Counted from the first letter of the stretch, positions 31,018 to 42,370 are shown. The stretch is 64,000 bases of DNA from Candidatus Phoenicimicrobium oleiphilum (GCA_039638295.1 JBDIWJ010000003.1:16289-80288), one strand, 5' to 3'. A program made the numbers and translations. Notes: a model not told the origin generated them from the letters alone.

Positions 31018-32961
31018 ATGGGGAAAATAGTAGGAATAGATTTAGGAACTACTAATTCAGTAGTTGCTGTAATGGAAGGCGGTAAGCCATTAGTTATCGA
31101 AAATGAAGAGGGGGGTAGAACTACCCCTTCGATTGTTGCATTTACTAAAAAGGGAGAACGATTAGTAGGATTGTTAGCAAAAAGGCAAGCTATTACTAAT
31201 TCAGAAAATACAATTTTTTCAGTTAAAAGACTTATTGGTAGAAGATATAATGATGAAATAGTACAAAAGGCAAAAAAATTCTTGCCTTTTAAATTAATTC
31301 CCGGGGAGCACACAGACATTAAAATTGAAGTAAAAGGTAAAGCTTATAGCCCCCAGGAAATTTCTGCAATGGTATTGCAGAAATTAAAAAAATCTGCAGA
31401 AAATCATCTGGGAGAAAAGGTGACTGATGCTGTTATCACAGTTCCTGCATATTTTAATGATAACCAAAGAGAAGCGACAAAAGATGCAGGTAGAATTGCT
31501 GGCTTGAATGTTTTAAGAATTATTAATGAACCTACTGCGGCCGCTTTAGCCTATGGTTTAGATAAGAAAAAAGATGAGAAAGTTGCTGTCTTTGACCTTG
31601 GTGGAGGTACTTTTGATATATCCATTTTAGAGATTGGCAAAGAAGGAGTATATGAGGTAAAATCAACCAATGGAAATACTTTCTTGGGAGGCGATGATTT
31701 TGACCAAAGAATAATAGATTGGCTGGTAGATAATTTTAAAAAGGAAAATGGAATAGATTTAAAAAAGGACCAGATGGCTTTGCAAAGATTAAAAGAAGCT
31801 GCAGAAAAAGCAAAATGTGAATTGTCTACTGCCTTGGAAACCGAGATCAATTTACCTTTTATCACTGCTGATGCTAGTGGGCCAAAACATTTAAATATTA
31901 CTTTAACCAGGGCAAAATTAGAACAGCTGACTGCTGATCTCATTGAAAGTACTATAGAACCTTGTTATAAAGCACTTGAAGATGCCAAGCTAAAACCTGA
32001 AGATATTGATGAAGTGATATTAGTTGGTGGCCAAACTCGAATGCCGAAAGTGCAAGAAACAGTTAAGAAAATTTTTGGGAAAGAAGCGAATAAAGGAGTT
32101 AATCCTGATGAAGTAGTAGCAGTTGGGGCAGCAATTCAGGCAGGCATATTAAAAGGTGAGGTAAAAGATATTTTGTTGCTTGATGTTACTCCTTTGTCTT
32201 TAGGTATTGAAACCTTGGGTGGGGTATTTACTAAACTTATTGAAAGAAATACTACCATACCTACTTCTAAAAGTCAGATATTTTCCACTGCCGCAGACAA
32301 TCAGACAGCTGTTGACATAAATGTATTGCAGGGCGAAAGACCGATGGCTAAGGATAATACCAGTTTAGGCAGATTTCAATTGGTAGGCATTCCCCCTGCG
32401 CCAAGAGGAATACCTCAAATAGAAGTTACCTTTGATATCGATGCTAATGGCATTTTAAATGTAAAAGCGAAAGATTTAGGAACAGGTAAAGAACAAAAGA
32501 TAACTATTACTGCTTCTTCTGGATTAACTGAAGAAGAGATTAAGAAAAAGATAAAAGAGGCAGAGCAGTATGCTGAGGAAGATAGAAAAATGAAGGAGAA
32601 GGTAGAACTCCGTAACCAGGCTGATACTTTAATTTATACAGTTGAAAAAACTATGAAGGAATCAGAAGATAAGATTAGTGAAGATGAAAAAAATAAAATA
32701 AATGAAGATATCAAAGACCTCAGGAAGGCTTTAGAAGAAGATGATGCGGAAAGAATTAAATCAGGTATCGAAAAATTAACTGCTTCCTCACATAAGCTTG
32801 CTGAAGAAATTTATAAAAAAGCATCGGCTCAAACACAACAACAGGGGACAACTAAAGAAGAAAAAGAGAGCGAACAGTCGAAAACAACACAAGAAAAAGG
32901 TGAAGAAAAAGTGGTTGATGCTGATTATGAGGTAGAAAATGATAAAGACAAAAAAGATTAA
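31018..32961 (+). CDS. dnaK: chaperone DnaK (Hsp70)
   Basis: 647 aa with [10 protein letters not shown] and DLGGGTFD motifs and an acidic C-terminal tail. Confidence 0.97.
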   Translation: MGKIVGIDLGTTNSVVAVMEGGKPLVIENEEGGRTTPSIVAFTKKGERLVGLLAKRQAITNSENTIFSVKRLIGRRYNDEIVQKAKKFLPFKLIPGEHTDIKIEVKGKAYSPQEISAMVLQKLKKSAENHLGEKVTDAVITVPAYFNDNQREATKDAGRIAGLNVLRIINEPTAAALAYGLDKKKDEKVAVFDLGGGTFDISILEIGKEGVYEVKSTNGNTFLGGDDFDQRIIDWLVDNFKKENGIDLKKDQMALQRLKEAAEKAKCELSTALETEINLPFITADASGPKHLNITLTRAKLEQLTADLIESTIEPCYKALEDAKLKPEDIDEVILVGGQTRMPKVQETVKKIFGKEANKGVNPDEVVAVGAAIQAGILKGEVKDILLLDVTPLSLGIETLGGVFTKLIERNTTIPTSKSQIFSTAADNQTAVDINVLQGERPMAKDNTSLGRFQLVGIPPAPRGIPQIEVTFDIDANGILNVKAKDLGTGKEQKITITASSGLTEEEIKKKIKEAEQYAEEDRKMKEKVELRNQADTLIYTVEKTMKESEDKISEDEKNKINEDIKDLRKALEEDDAERIKSGIEKLTASSHKLAEEIYKKASAQTQQQGTTKEEKESEQSKTTQEKGEEKVVDADYEVENDKDKKD

Positions 32962-32964
32962 ACT

Positions 32965-33014
32965 AAGGGCATCAGAATTTCAAAAATTCCGATGCCCTTA
33001 ATGAATATTTTTTT
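32965..33014 (+). terminator. intrinsic terminator after dnaK
   Basis: Long hairpin aagggcatcagaattt-caaa-aaattccgatgccctt, followed by a T7 run. Confidence 0.7.
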
Positions 33015-33125
33015 AAAAAACAATATATTCTAACAAGATTGTCAGAAAAGTTTTATATAAAATCGAAATGAAGTAAAAAGGAGATAGAGGGGTTTCAGGG
33101 GAGTTTTCTCCCCTGGCAATCTTGT
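33008..33125 (+). ncRNA. duplicated structured element (copy 1), candidate small RNA or protein-binding hairpin
   Basis: The 63-nt segment aaaaaacaatatattctaacaagattgtcagaaaagttttatataaaatcgaaatg is near-identical to 41177-41239. The caagattgtcag...ctggcaatcttg 12-bp stem encloses the palindrome TTTTATATAAAA and a ggggag-tttt-ctcccc hairpin. Confidence 0.45.
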
Positions 33126-33164
33126 CGTTAGTATTACGTAAATAAGATTAAGATTCAGGGATAG

Positions 33165-33222
33165 GGGCACGATGCATCGTGCTCAAATCAAGAAAGAATT
33201 GCGGGTCGGATAAATCCGACCC
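33165..33222. repeat. GC-rich palindrome pair upstream of dnaJ
   Basis: gggcacgatgcatcgtgctc (33165-33184) and gggtcggataaatccgaccc (33203-33222). The same two families occur at 2463-2482 and 23828-23847. Confidence 0.75.
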
Positions 33223-33354
33223 CTTGTACACTAAAGGTATTTTACTAGTCATACTATACACTATACTTGTACTATAACAATATCTATATACGAAATTGGT
33301 ATTAGATATTTGTTTTTTTGATAATTAAAATAACATTAGAGAGGAAATTGTTAA

Positions 33355-34506
33355 TTGCCCAAAAAAGATTACTATGAAATTTTAGGCATAAATAAAGATG
33401 CAACTACCGATGAGATAAAAAAAGCTTATAGAAAACTTGCTCTAAAATATCATCCAGACAGAAACTCTTCCGATAGTAATGCTGAGGCAAAATTTAAAGA
33501 AATTAATGAAGCTTACCAGGTTCTTAGCGATCCAGAAAAGAGAGCAAGGTATGATCAATTTGGCACAGCAGAAGGTTTGGGAGGATTTGATTTTAGAGAT
33601 TTTCAGGGAAGAGGTTTTTCTGATTTTGGAGATTTTGGAGATTTTAGCGATATATTCGATTCTTTTTTTGGAACAAGAACTCGAAGGCGCGAAGAAAGAG
33701 TTCGTCCCCAAAGAGGGGCTAATTTAAGATATAATTTAGAAATAAGCTTTGAAGACGCTGCCTTTGGTAAAGAAACTAAAATTGAGGTTCCTCATTGGGA
33801 GACTTGTCCAATATGTCATGGAAGCAAGGCTGAGCCCGGAACTACTCCCCAGACTTGTCCTGATTGTAATGGAACTGGAGAAATTAGAAATACACAAAGC
33901 TCTCTATTTGGACAATTTGTGAATATTCAAACCTGTCCCCGTTGTGGCGGGGATGGAAAAATAATCCGCAATGTTTGCACTAATTGTAGAGGTACGGGAA
34001 AAGTCAAGAAAAATAAAATGGTGAAAGTAAAAATACCTGCAGGAGTAGATACGGGACATCGGTTAAGAATTGCTGGCATGGGTGAGCCCGGAGAAAGAGG
34101 TGGTGCTCCTGGGGACCTTTATATTGTTATATATGTAAAACCTCATAAGATATTTAAACGTGAAGGAATAAATGTTATATGTAATCATTCGATAAGTTTT
34201 GTAAAGGCTGCATTAGGAGGTGAAATTACTGTCCCTACTTTAGATGGAAATGCAAAATTAAAAATCCCTTCAGGTACCCAATCAAATACTATATTTAGAC
34301 TTAAAGGAAAAGGAATATATAAAATTGGTTCTAAACAACGTGGAGATCAGTACGTTAAAATAATGGTAGAAATACCCCAAAAATTGAGCAATGAACAAAA
34401 GAGGTTACTGTTAGAATTTGCCAAATTAAGTGGTGAGGACCTAAATACAATTGGTGAAAAGGGTATTTTTGATAAAATAAAAAATGTCTTCAACCAAAAT
34501 GATTAG
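33355..34506 (+). CDS. dnaJ: chaperone DnaJ
   Basis: TTG start giving [12 protein letters not shown]... It has a J-domain (HPD), a G/F-rich region and four CxxCxGxG zinc-finger repeats. Confidence 0.95.
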   Translation: MPKKDYYEILGINKDATTDEIKKAYRKLALKYHPDRNSSDSNAEAKFKEINEAYQVLSDPEKRARYDQFGTAEGLGGFDFRDFQGRGFSDFGDFGDFSDIFDSFFGTRTRRREERVRPQRGANLRYNLEISFEDAAFGKETKIEVPHWETCPICHGSKAEPGTTPQTCPDCNGTGEIRNTQSSLFGQFVNIQTCPRCGGDGKIIRNVCTNCRGTGKVKKNKMVKVKIPAGVDTGHRLRIAGMGEPGERGGAPGDLYIVIYVKPHKIFKREGINVICNHSISFVKAALGGEITVPTLDGNAKLKIPSGTQSNTIFRLKGKGIYKIGSKQRGDQYVKIMVEIPQKLSNEQKRLLLEFAKLSGEDLNTIGEKGIFDKIKNVFNQND

Positions 34507-34589
34507 CTTTATTAATTTTAATTGTATAGGAACCTCCCTTAACTATTCAATAAAGACTAAATAATAATACATCGAAAGGATTTACCCCT

Positions 34590-35333
34590 ATGCCTCTCTT
34601 TTTTACTGCACCTGAAAATATTAGGAAAAGTGAAAAAATTATTTTAATTTATGGAAATGAAGCAAGGCATATAATTAAGTCTTTAAGATACAAAAAAAAT
34701 GACCAAATATTAATATCTGATGGCAAGGGGAATAAATATATTTCTATAATTGATAATTATAAACATCAAGTATTGCAGTGTAAAATAGTAAGATCTATAC
34801 CCGATAATCTTAATTCAGGAATAAGCAAAATAGTTTTAGCGCAGTCTATATTAAAAAGCAATAAGATGGATTTTATTATTCAGAAGTCTACAGAATTGGG
34901 AATTACTTCCATTATTCCATTTATATCTTCAAGAACTATTCCAATGGTCAGTTCTATCAACTTTGATAAAAAATTAAAACGCTGGCAAAAGATTGCTTAT
35001 GAGTCAAGTAAACAATCTGAAAGAACTATTATTCCAGAAATTTTACCGATTATTAGTTTTAAAGAACTTTTAAAAAATACTGCTAATTTTAATTTGACTC
35101 TAATATTTTGGGAAAATGAAAGGTCAACTAATCTAAAAGATGTAATAACTTCCTCTCCTAAACCAAATAAAATTCTTTGTTTAATTGGTCCAGAGGGAGG
35201 TTTTTCTGACGAAGAGATAAAGTTAGCTAAAGATGCTGGCTTGAAATCAGTAAGCTTAGGGGATCATTATTTAAGAAGTGAAACAGCCGCAATTTTTGTT
35301 TTGTCAGTAATTACTTATGTTTTTAATTTTTAA
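34590..35333 (+). CDS. rsmE: 16S rRNA (uracil1498-N3)-methyltransferase RsmE
   Basis: 247 aa with a PUA-like N-terminus and a SPOUT domain (LCLIGPEGGFSDEEI). Confidence 0.85.
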   Translation: MPLFFTAPENIRKSEKIILIYGNEARHIIKSLRYKKNDQILISDGKGNKYISIIDNYKHQVLQCKIVRSIPDNLNSGISKIVLAQSILKSNKMDFIIQKSTELGITSIIPFISSRTIPMVSSINFDKKLKRWQKIAYESSKQSERTIIPEILPIISFKELLKNTANFNLTLIFWENERSTNLKDVITSSPKPNKILCLIGPEGGFSDEEIKLAKDAGLKSVSLGDHYLRSETAAIFVLSVITYVFNF

Positions 35334-36657
35334 GAAGGAGGATTATTTTATAATAAAAGTTGCTTTTAAGACACTTGGCTGTAAAGTAAATCAATATGAG
35401 ACTGAAGTTATCTTCAATTTATTTCAAGCTGCTGGTTATCAAACAGTTGGTTTTGATGAAAGAGCAGATATTTATGTGATAAATACTTGTACTGTTACTA
35501 AAGAGGCTGATCGTAAATCCAAACAAATGATAAGAAAAGCTATTAACCAAAATCAAAATGCCATGGTAATTGTAACCGGTTGTTATGCGCAATCTAATTA
35601 TCAAGATTTAAAAACAATAGAAGGAGTAAATTTAATATTAAGCAATAACGAAAAAAACAATATCTTACAGCAATTAGACAAACTGCATATTAATCACACC
35701 ATTATTGATGTAAAACCTGCAAAAAATTTTAGAGAATACGTGAATATTTGTAAAGGTAGAACAAGTTTACATACTCGCGCCTGGGTTAAAATACAAGAAG
35801 GTTGCAATAGATTTTGTTCTTATTGCAAAGTACCATATGTAAGGGGACCAGTACGAAGTAGACTAGTTGAAGATATAGAAAAAGAGATATCAGATTTAAA
35901 TAATAAAGGAGTTAGAGAAGTAGTTCTTTTGGGAATTAATTTAGGAGCTTATGGAGAAGACCTAAATAAAGAAAAGATAAATTTATCAAAAATAATATCT
36001 ATAATTAATAAATATGAAAGTATAAAAAGAATTCGTTTAAGTTCTATAGAATTAGATTATCTTGATGATGAATTATTAGAGGCTTTTAAAAAATACCCCA
36101 AACTATGCCACCATCTACATATTCCCCTCCAAAGTGGTGATGATAAAATTCTCAAGCTAATGAATCGTTCTTATAATACTTCATTTTTTTACCAAAAAAT
36201 CAATAAATTTAGGAAAGATATTCCTGATATAGCAATAACTAGCGATATTATGGTTGGATTCCCCTATGAAGATGAACGAAGTTTTAATAATACCTATAAT
36301 TTCTTAAGAAAATTGGAATTTGCAAAAATCCATGTTTTCCCCTATTCTGATCGAGAAGAATGTTTGGCTAATTTACTAATTGATAAGGTAGACCAAAAAA
36401 TAAAAAAAGAAAGAAGTAAAAGGTTATTAGATTTATCAAAAGAACTATCTTATAATTTTCGAAAGAAACATATTGGTGCAATAATGAATGTTTTAATTGA
36501 GAATGAAATTAAAGATAAAGAAGGAAAAGTCTATTCCCAGGGTATCACTGATAACTATATAAAAGTATTGATACCTGATTTAACCGGAAGAAAAGGTGAA
36601 TTAGTTAATGTCAAGTTAAACCAAATATATTCTAATTACATCGTCTCGTCAATTTAA
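35317..36657 (+). CDS. mtaB: tRNA (N6-threonylcarbamoyladenosine37) methylthiotransferase MtaB (MiaB-like)
   Basis: The MiaB-like N-terminus (KVAFKTLGCKVNQYE) with its three N-terminal Cys, a radical SAM CxxxCxxC motif (CNRFCSYC) and a TRAM domain. The start is uncertain: ATG 35317 has no RBS and overlaps rsmE, while a strong AAGAAGGAGGA RBS is positioned for ATA 35350/35353. Confidence 0.8.
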   Translation: MFLIFKKEDYFIIKVAFKTLGCKVNQYETEVIFNLFQAAGYQTVGFDERADIYVINTCTVTKEADRKSKQMIRKAINQNQNAMVIVTGCYAQSNYQDLKTIEGVNLILSNNEKNNILQQLDKLHINHTIIDVKPAKNFREYVNICKGRTSLHTRAWVKIQEGCNRFCSYCKVPYVRGPVRSRLVEDIEKEISDLNNKGVREVVLLGINLGAYGEDLNKEKINLSKIISIINKYESIKRIRLSSIELDYLDDELLEAFKKYPKLCHHLHIPLQSGDDKILKLMNRSYNTSFFYQKINKFRKDIPDIAITSDIMVGFPYEDERSFNNTYNFLRKLEFAKIHVFPYSDREECLANLLIDKVDQKIKKERSKRLLDLSKELSYNFRKKHIGAIMNVLIENEIKDKEGKVYSQGITDNYIKVLIPDLTGRKGELVNVKLNQIYSNYIVSSI

Positions 36658-36951
36658 ATTTTGGGGGAGTATTAAGATAAAAAAAGGAATGATACTTTTC
36701 TTTCTCTTTATTTACCCAATATGTAATACAAATTTATTTTGATTCTGGTTTTCTATCATCTTTTATCTTTACGAGATACAATTCACGAGATACGAATTTA
36801 TATTGCCAAATAAATAATTTTATGTTATAATTTAATGTGTTCAATTAAAAGATTGATCTTCCCAAAAGAGTGGTTTTAGATGCCACTCTTTTATTATATA
36901 AAATAATATACACTTAAGTGACAAATAACTAGAAAGGAGGGAGGATATTAT

Positions 36952-38028
36952 ATGAACGAAGATATAATCAAAGTTTTAAATGATATAGAAAAGGAAAAAG
37001 GTATAGCTAAAGATATATTAATTAAAGCGATAGAATCTGCCTTGACTTCGGCTTACAAGAAAAATTATGGAATTAAGAATAATATCGAAGTAAATATGTG
37101 TAAAGATACTGGCAAAATTAAAGTATTTAACAAAAAGATTATCGTAAAAAGAGTTTCAAATTCTGTAAATGAAATATCAATAGATGAATTAGAATTATCA
37201 GATAAAGATAAAGATACATATAAAATTGGTGATACAATCCTGATTGAAATTACACCTAAAGAATTTGGGAGAATAGCAGCGCAAACTGCAAAACAAGTAA
37301 TTGTGCAAAAAATTAGAGAAGCCGAAAGAAATGTTATTTATGAAAAATATATTGACAAAGAAAGGGATATTGTTACAGGAGTTATACAAAGAATAGAAAA
37401 TAGAAATGTAATTATTGATTTAGGTAGAGCGGAGGCCCTTCTTTTACCTAATGAGCAAATAAAGGATGAGGAATATTACAAAGGAAAAAGGATGAAAGTA
37501 TATATTGTTGAGGTAAGAAAAACTTCTAAGGGTCCAAAAATATTTACCTCCAGAACTCATCCAGAGTTATTGAAGCGTTTATTTGAATTAGAAGTTCCAG
37601 AAATTCACGAAGGATTAGTTGAAATAAAAAATATTGCTCGAGAAGCAGGAAAACGTTCAAAAGTAGCGGTTTATTCCAAAGATGAAAAGGTTGACCCAGT
37701 AGGTGCATGTATAGGAGATAGGGGTTCTCGAATAAAGTCTATTATGATGGAATTAAAAGACGAAAAAATTGATATTGTTAGATGGAGTGATGAGGAAAAA
37801 TCATTTATTGCTAATTCATTAAGTCCAGCAAAGGTTATATCTGTAAATCTCTTTGAAAAAGAAAAAATTGCTACAGTAGTTGTAGAAGACCAACAATTAT
37901 CCTTGGCAATAGGGAGAGAAGGACAAAATGCAAGACTTGCTGCCAAATTGACTGGCTGGAAAATTGATATAAAAAGCGAAACACAATATAAAGAAGAAAA
38001 TAATAAAAACCCTGATAGTGATTCTTAA
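36952..38028 (+). CDS. nusA: transcription termination/antitermination factor NusA
   Basis: 358 aa with an N-terminal domain, S1 domain and two KH domains. The RBS is AAAGGAGGGAGG. Confidence 0.95.
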   Translation: MNEDIIKVLNDIEKEKGIAKDILIKAIESALTSAYKKNYGIKNNIEVNMCKDTGKIKVFNKKIIVKRVSNSVNEISIDELELSDKDKDTYKIGDTILIEITPKEFGRIAAQTAKQVIVQKIREAERNVIYEKYIDKERDIVTGVIQRIENRNVIIDLGRAEALLLPNEQIKDEEYYKGKRMKVYIVEVRKTSKGPKIFTSRTHPELLKRLFELEVPEIHEGLVEIKNIAREAGKRSKVAVYSKDEKVDPVGACIGDRGSRIKSIMMELKDEKIDIVRWSDEEKSFIANSLSPAKVISVNLFEKEKIATVVVEDQQLSLAIGREGQNARLAAKLTGWKIDIKSETQYKEENNKNPDSDS

Positions 38029-38080
38029 AAATTAATTTGGAAAAATGAATTAAAAACTTTTGAGGGATATTTTTGATAAA

Positions 38081-38350
38081 ATGAAAAAAAATATAAAAAT
38101 ACCAATAAGAACTTGTATTGGCTGTCAAAATAAAAAACCAAAAAGGGAAATGTTAAGAATAATAAGGACATCGGAAGGAAATATTGAAATTGATGCAACT
38201 GGTAAAAAATCAGGTAGGGGAGCTTACCTTTGTTACAATGTTGAATGTTTAGATAAAGCATTAAGAGAAAAAAGGTTATATAAATCATTTAAAAAAGATA
38301 TTTCTCCACAAATAATTAATGAGCTAAGAAAGAAGTTGTTTGTTAAGTAA
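38081..38350 (+). CDS. YlxR family RNA-binding protein (DUF448; RnpM-like)
   Basis: IRTCIGCQNKKPKREMLRI...GRGAYLC. Sits between nusA and infB as in Firmicutes. The ATG at 38081 is preferred over the ORF-track TTG at 38060. Confidence 0.8.
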   Translation: MKKNIKIPIRTCIGCQNKKPKREMLRIIRTSEGNIEIDATGKKSGRGAYLCYNVECLDKALREKRLYKSFKKDISPQIINELRKKLFVK

Positions 38351-38492
38351 AAAAATCTGCTCGTGAAAAATGGGCATCTGAATTCTGTATTCTAGCTTCT
38401 ATTTAATTTGTGAGATATGAAATAAATTATTAGAGTTTAAGAAAAAAGGAAATTCCCATACAGTTTAAATCATAACGGAGGAGGCGATATGT

Positions 38493-40439
38493 ATGAAAAT
38501 GAGAGTTTATGAACTTGCTGAAAATTTGAAAATCCCTGCAAAAGAATTAATTGTATTCTTAAAAAACGAAGGCATTAAAGTAAAAAACCATATGAGCAAT
38601 TTAGATAAAGACACTATAGAATTAATAAAAGAGGTGGTTATTTCTGAAAAAGAAAGAAGAGATAAAGAAAAAGAAAAAAGAGAAGTTAAATCTATTGAAA
38701 TTAACAAACTTCCAAATTTAAAAGAATTATCTTTACAACTAAAGGTGCCTTTGTCTGAATTAATGCAAAAAGTAATAAATTTTGGAACAATTAGTTCAAT
38801 TGACAAAGAAATTCCAGTTAATGTATTACAGAAAATTATCCAGGAATATGGTTTTCAAGTAAAATATTCAACAAAATTAAAAAATAAATTGGATTTTCAT
38901 AAGAAAGATAAAGCAATTAAACTCATATCAAGACCCCCGGTTATTACTATAATTGGCCATGTCGATCATGGCAAAACTACTCTTCTTGATGCTATAAGAA
39001 AAACAAATGTAACTAAAGAAGAAGTGGGTGGAATTACCCAAAGTATCGGCGCTTATCAAGTAAATATAGATAATAAAAAGATTGTTTTTATTGATACCCC
39101 AGGTCATGAAGCATTTACTACTATGAGAGCACGCGGTGTGAAAGCAACAGATATTGCAGTTTTAGTTGTGGCTGCAGATGATGGGGTGATGCCCCAGACC
39201 ATCGAGGCAATTAATCATGCTAAGGCCGCAAATGTTCCAATTATTGTAGCTGTAAATAAAATAGATAAACCAAATGCTAACCCTGAAAAAGTAAAAAAAG
39301 ATCTTTCTAAATATAATTTAGTTTCTGAGGAATGGGGTGGAGAGACTTTAATGGTAGAAGTATCTGCCTTACAAAAGAAAGGTATAAAAGAATTATTAGA
39401 GACTATTTCTTTGCAAGCAGAAATGTTAGAATTAAAAGCGAATCCAGAAATTCCTGCGAGAGGTGTAATAATAGAAACTAAATTAGATAAAAAAAGAGGG
39501 ATAGTTAGTTCAGTTTTAATTCGAGATGGGTCATTAAAAGTTGGTGATTACTTTGTTGCCGGATTATCTTGTGGTAAAATAAGAAATTTAATTGATGATA
39601 AAGGCAAAAGCATTAAAGAAGCAGGACCATCTACTCCAGTAGAAATTATAGGTTTTTCTAAAATGCCTCAAGCGGGTGATTATTTCCAAATTGTGCCTGA
39701 TGAAAAATTTGCCAAAATTATAATTGAAGAAAGAGAAAATGAAAAAAGAAGTAAAATTATAGAAGATTCTTCCAAAGTTTCATTGGAAAAATTATTTTTA
39801 GAGATGAAGGAAGGCAAAATAGACAAATTAAATATTATTTTAAAGACTGATACTCAAGGTTCATTGGATGCTTTAGAAGAAGCATTGAAAAAAATAAAAG
39901 TCGGGAGTGAAGATGAAAAGATAAAAATTGATATAATTCATGCTGGTGTGGGAAACATTACTGAAACCGATGTTATGTTAGCTTCTGCTTCAGAAGCAAT
40001 AGTAGTGGGTTTTAATATACGACCAGATTCAAATGTACAAAAAATTGCAAAAAATGAAAAGGTAGAAATAAGGTTATATAGGGTAATATATGATTTAATA
40101 GATGACATTAAATTAGCTTTGCAAGGTTATCTAAAACCAAAAATTAAAGAATATATTTGTGGACAAGCAGAAGTCAGAGAAATATTTAAAATCCCTAAAG
40201 TTGGTACAATTGCAGGAAGTTACGTTTTAAGTGGCAAAATATCTAAAAAAGATAGCGTTAGAGTAATCAGGGATGGAAAATTGATATATGAAGGGAAAAT
40301 AGCTTCTTTGAAAAGATTTAAAGAGGATGTAAAAGAAGTTAATACGGGCTTTGAATGCGGAATAGGTATAGAAAATTTTAATGATATTAAATTGAAAGAC
40401 ATTATTGAATTCTATAATTTCGAAGAAGTTAAAGAATAA
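38493..40439 (+). CDS. infB: translation initiation factor IF-2
   Basis: 648 aa with G-domain motifs GHVDHGKTT and DTPGHEAF. The RBS is GGAGGAGG. Confidence 0.95.
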   Translation: MKMRVYELAENLKIPAKELIVFLKNEGIKVKNHMSNLDKDTIELIKEVVISEKERRDKEKEKREVKSIEINKLPNLKELSLQLKVPLSELMQKVINFGTISSIDKEIPVNVLQKIIQEYGFQVKYSTKLKNKLDFHKKDKAIKLISRPPVITIIGHVDHGKTTLLDAIRKTNVTKEEVGGITQSIGAYQVNIDNKKIVFIDTPGHEAFTTMRARGVKATDIAVLVVAADDGVMPQTIEAINHAKAANVPIIVAVNKIDKPNANPEKVKKDLSKYNLVSEEWGGETLMVEVSALQKKGIKELLETISLQAEMLELKANPEIPARGVIIETKLDKKRGIVSSVLIRDGSLKVGDYFVAGLSCGKIRNLIDDKGKSIKEAGPSTPVEIIGFSKMPQAGDYFQIVPDEKFAKIIIEERENEKRSKIIEDSSKVSLEKLFLEMKEGKIDKLNIILKTDTQGSLDALEEALKKIKVGSEDEKIKIDIIHAGVGNITETDVMLASASEAIVVGFNIRPDSNVQKIAKNEKVEIRLYRVIYDLIDDIKLALQGYLKPKIKEYICGQAEVREIFKIPKVGTIAGSYVLSGKISKKDSVRVIRDGKLIYEGKIASLKRFKEDVKEVNTGFECGIGIENFNDIKLKDIIEFYNFEEVKE

Positions 40440-40514
40440 AATTGAAAGTATTAGATATGTCTTAAAATAAAGTAAAATTTAAAATATAATAAAAAAATAC
40501 TATCGTTAAATAAA

Positions 40515-40796
40515 ATGTTTATTGGAATCTGTAAAATTAATTTGTATTTTTCAAATAGTCATTCATTAAAAGATAAAAGGAATATCTTAAAAAGTATAAA
40601 AACAAGGATTAGAAATCATTACAATGTTTCAGTTGCAGAAATAGATAATCATGATTTATGGAAAAATGCAATCTTGGGGATTGTTTGCGTGGGAAATGAT
40701 AAAAAATATCTTAATAAAATGTTAGATGAAATCATCCTATTTTTAGAAAAACAAAATGAATCTCAATTGATAAATTATGAAATTAGTATTATCTAA
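40515..40796 (+). CDS. DUF503 family protein (YlxP-like)
   Basis: 93 aa. Sits between infB and rbfA, as ylxP does in Bacillus. Confidence 0.75.
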   Translation: MFIGICKINLYFSNSHSLKDKRNILKSIKTRIRNHYNVSVAEIDNHDLWKNAILGIVCVGNDKKYLNKMLDEIILFLEKQNESQLINYEISII

Positions 40797-40810
40797 GGTG
40801 ATAAATAAAA

Positions 40811-41173
40811 ATGGTTGCTTCGCACACTAAAAGATCTGAACAATTAGAAAAATATCTTAAAAAAATAATCAATAATATTCTTTATAGAAAAATAAATGAT
40901 CCAAGAATTAGTTTTGTTACTATAACAAGAGTGTCTGCCTCCGCAGATTTAAAATACGCCAAGATATATATCAGTATTTATGGTGATGAAAATCACAATA
41001 TAAATTGTTTAAAAGCGCTAAGAAATGCTACAAAATTTATAAGAGGAGAAATCGGAAGAGAATCAAAAATTAGATTTGTACCAGAAATTAAGTTTCTAAT
41101 CGATGAAGACATAGAATATCAATACAAATTGTTGGAGTATCGGAATTTCAAAAATTCCGATACTCCAAAATGA
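40811..41173 (+). CDS. rbfA: ribosome-binding factor A
   Basis: 120 aa with the RbfA KH-like domain (RISFVTITRVSASADLKYAKIYISIYG). Confidence 0.9.
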   Translation: MVASHTKRSEQLEKYLKKIINNILYRKINDPRISFVTITRVSASADLKYAKIYISIYGDENHNINCLKALRNATKFIRGEIGRESKIRFVPEIKFLIDEDIEYQYKLLEYRNFKNSDTPK

Positions 41174-41176
41174 ATG

Positions 41177-41259
41177 CTTTTTAAAAAACAATATATTCTA
41201 ACAAGATTGTCAGAAAAAGTTTTATATAAAAGCGAAATGTCACTCCCCTGACAATCTTG
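41177..41259 (+). ncRNA. duplicated structured element (copy 2)
   Basis: Near-identical to 33008-33070, with a closing stem caagattgtcag...ctgacaatcttg. It lies directly after the rbfA stop. Confidence 0.45.
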
Positions 41260-41302
41260 AATATAGTAAATAAAATACACAAGGAACAATTAGATAGTAA
41301 AG

Positions 41303-42367
41303 ATGAAAATAAAAAATAATTTTAAGGAAATTGTTGAAATATTGAAAAAAAATGACAGTTTTTTGATTACTTCTCATATAAATTTAGATGGTGACGCCAT
41401 TGGTTCTGAACTTGCTTTAAATTTCGTATTAGAAAAATTAAATAAAAAATCTATTATATTAAATCAAGATAAATTACCTAAAATTTACCATTTTTTGCCT
41501 GGAAGCAATAAAGTATATAATTTAAAGGAAGACAAGTTTGATAAAAAGATTTATAATGTTGGGATAATATTAGATAGCAGTAATATTGATAGGTTAGGGA
41601 AAATATCTAAAATATTGGATAATACAAACATCGTAGTAAATATTGATCATCATAAGAGTAATGAAAATTATGGTGATATAAATTACATAGATTATTCTTC
41701 ATCTTCAGTTGGAGAAATCATTTATGATTTAATTAAATATATGAACCATATGATCGTGAAAACGGGTAGGGATTTATTAGACGAAAAAACATCTTCTTGT
41801 TTATTTACAGCCATAATGACTGATACAGGATCATTTAAATATTCAAACGTAAGTTCTAAAACATTTAAAATAGCATCTGATTTAATTGCCAGGGGAGCTA
41901 AATCAGATTTGATTGCTAATAATGTGTATAATAAAAATACTTACTCCGGACTAAAATTATTAGGGGAAGCTCTTTCAACTTTAGAGATAGACTATTCTAT
42001 GGGTGTGGCATGGTTATATATTACCAGAAAGATGTTGAAAGAAACCAGAGCTAATGATGAGGAAATAGAAGGGATAATTGATATTGTCACAACTTTAAAA
42101 AATAATGAAATATCTATCCTGTTTAGAGAAACTAATGATAATAAAACAAAAGTTAGTTTTCGCTCTAAAAGTAATTTTGATGTAAATAAATTTGCCATTA
42201 AATTTAATGGAGGCGGGCATCCAAACTCATCGGGTTGTTTATGTTCAGAAAAGTTGGAAGTAGTAAAAGAAAAAATCCTTTCTGAATTATTTAAAGAATT
42301 AAAATTTCAAAAAATAAAAAATTGTCCTCGTGAAAACAAGAATATAACGGATATGTTAATAAATTAA
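41303..42367 (+). CDS. nrnA: bifunctional oligoribonuclease / pAp phosphatase NrnA (DHH-DHHA1)
   Basis: DHH motif (NIDHH) with an N-terminal DGDAIGS, plus a DHHA1 GGGH motif. Confidence 0.85.
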   Translation: MKIKNNFKEIVEILKKNDSFLITSHINLDGDAIGSELALNFVLEKLNKKSIILNQDKLPKIYHFLPGSNKVYNLKEDKFDKKIYNVGIILDSSNIDRLGKISKILDNTNIVVNIDHHKSNENYGDINYIDYSSSSVGEIIYDLIKYMNHMIVKTGRDLLDEKTSSCLFTAIMTDTGSFKYSNVSSKTFKIASDLIARGAKSDLIANNVYNKNTYSGLKLLGEALSTLEIDYSMGVAWLYITRKMLKETRANDEEIEGIIDIVTTLKNNEISILFRETNDNKTKVSFRSKSNFDVNKFAIKFNGGGHPNSSGCLCSEKLEVVKEKILSELFKELKFQKIKNCPRENKNITDMLIN

Positions 42368-42370
42368 AAA

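Noticed and set aside
36864-36892. Hairpin aaaagagtgg-N9-ccactctttt in the nusA leader as a terminator or attenuator
   Set aside because: It is plausible as a stem with a T-run on its 3' side, but it lies 200 nt from the mtaB stop and no rimP or known nusA leader element is present. The evidence is insufficient to call it.
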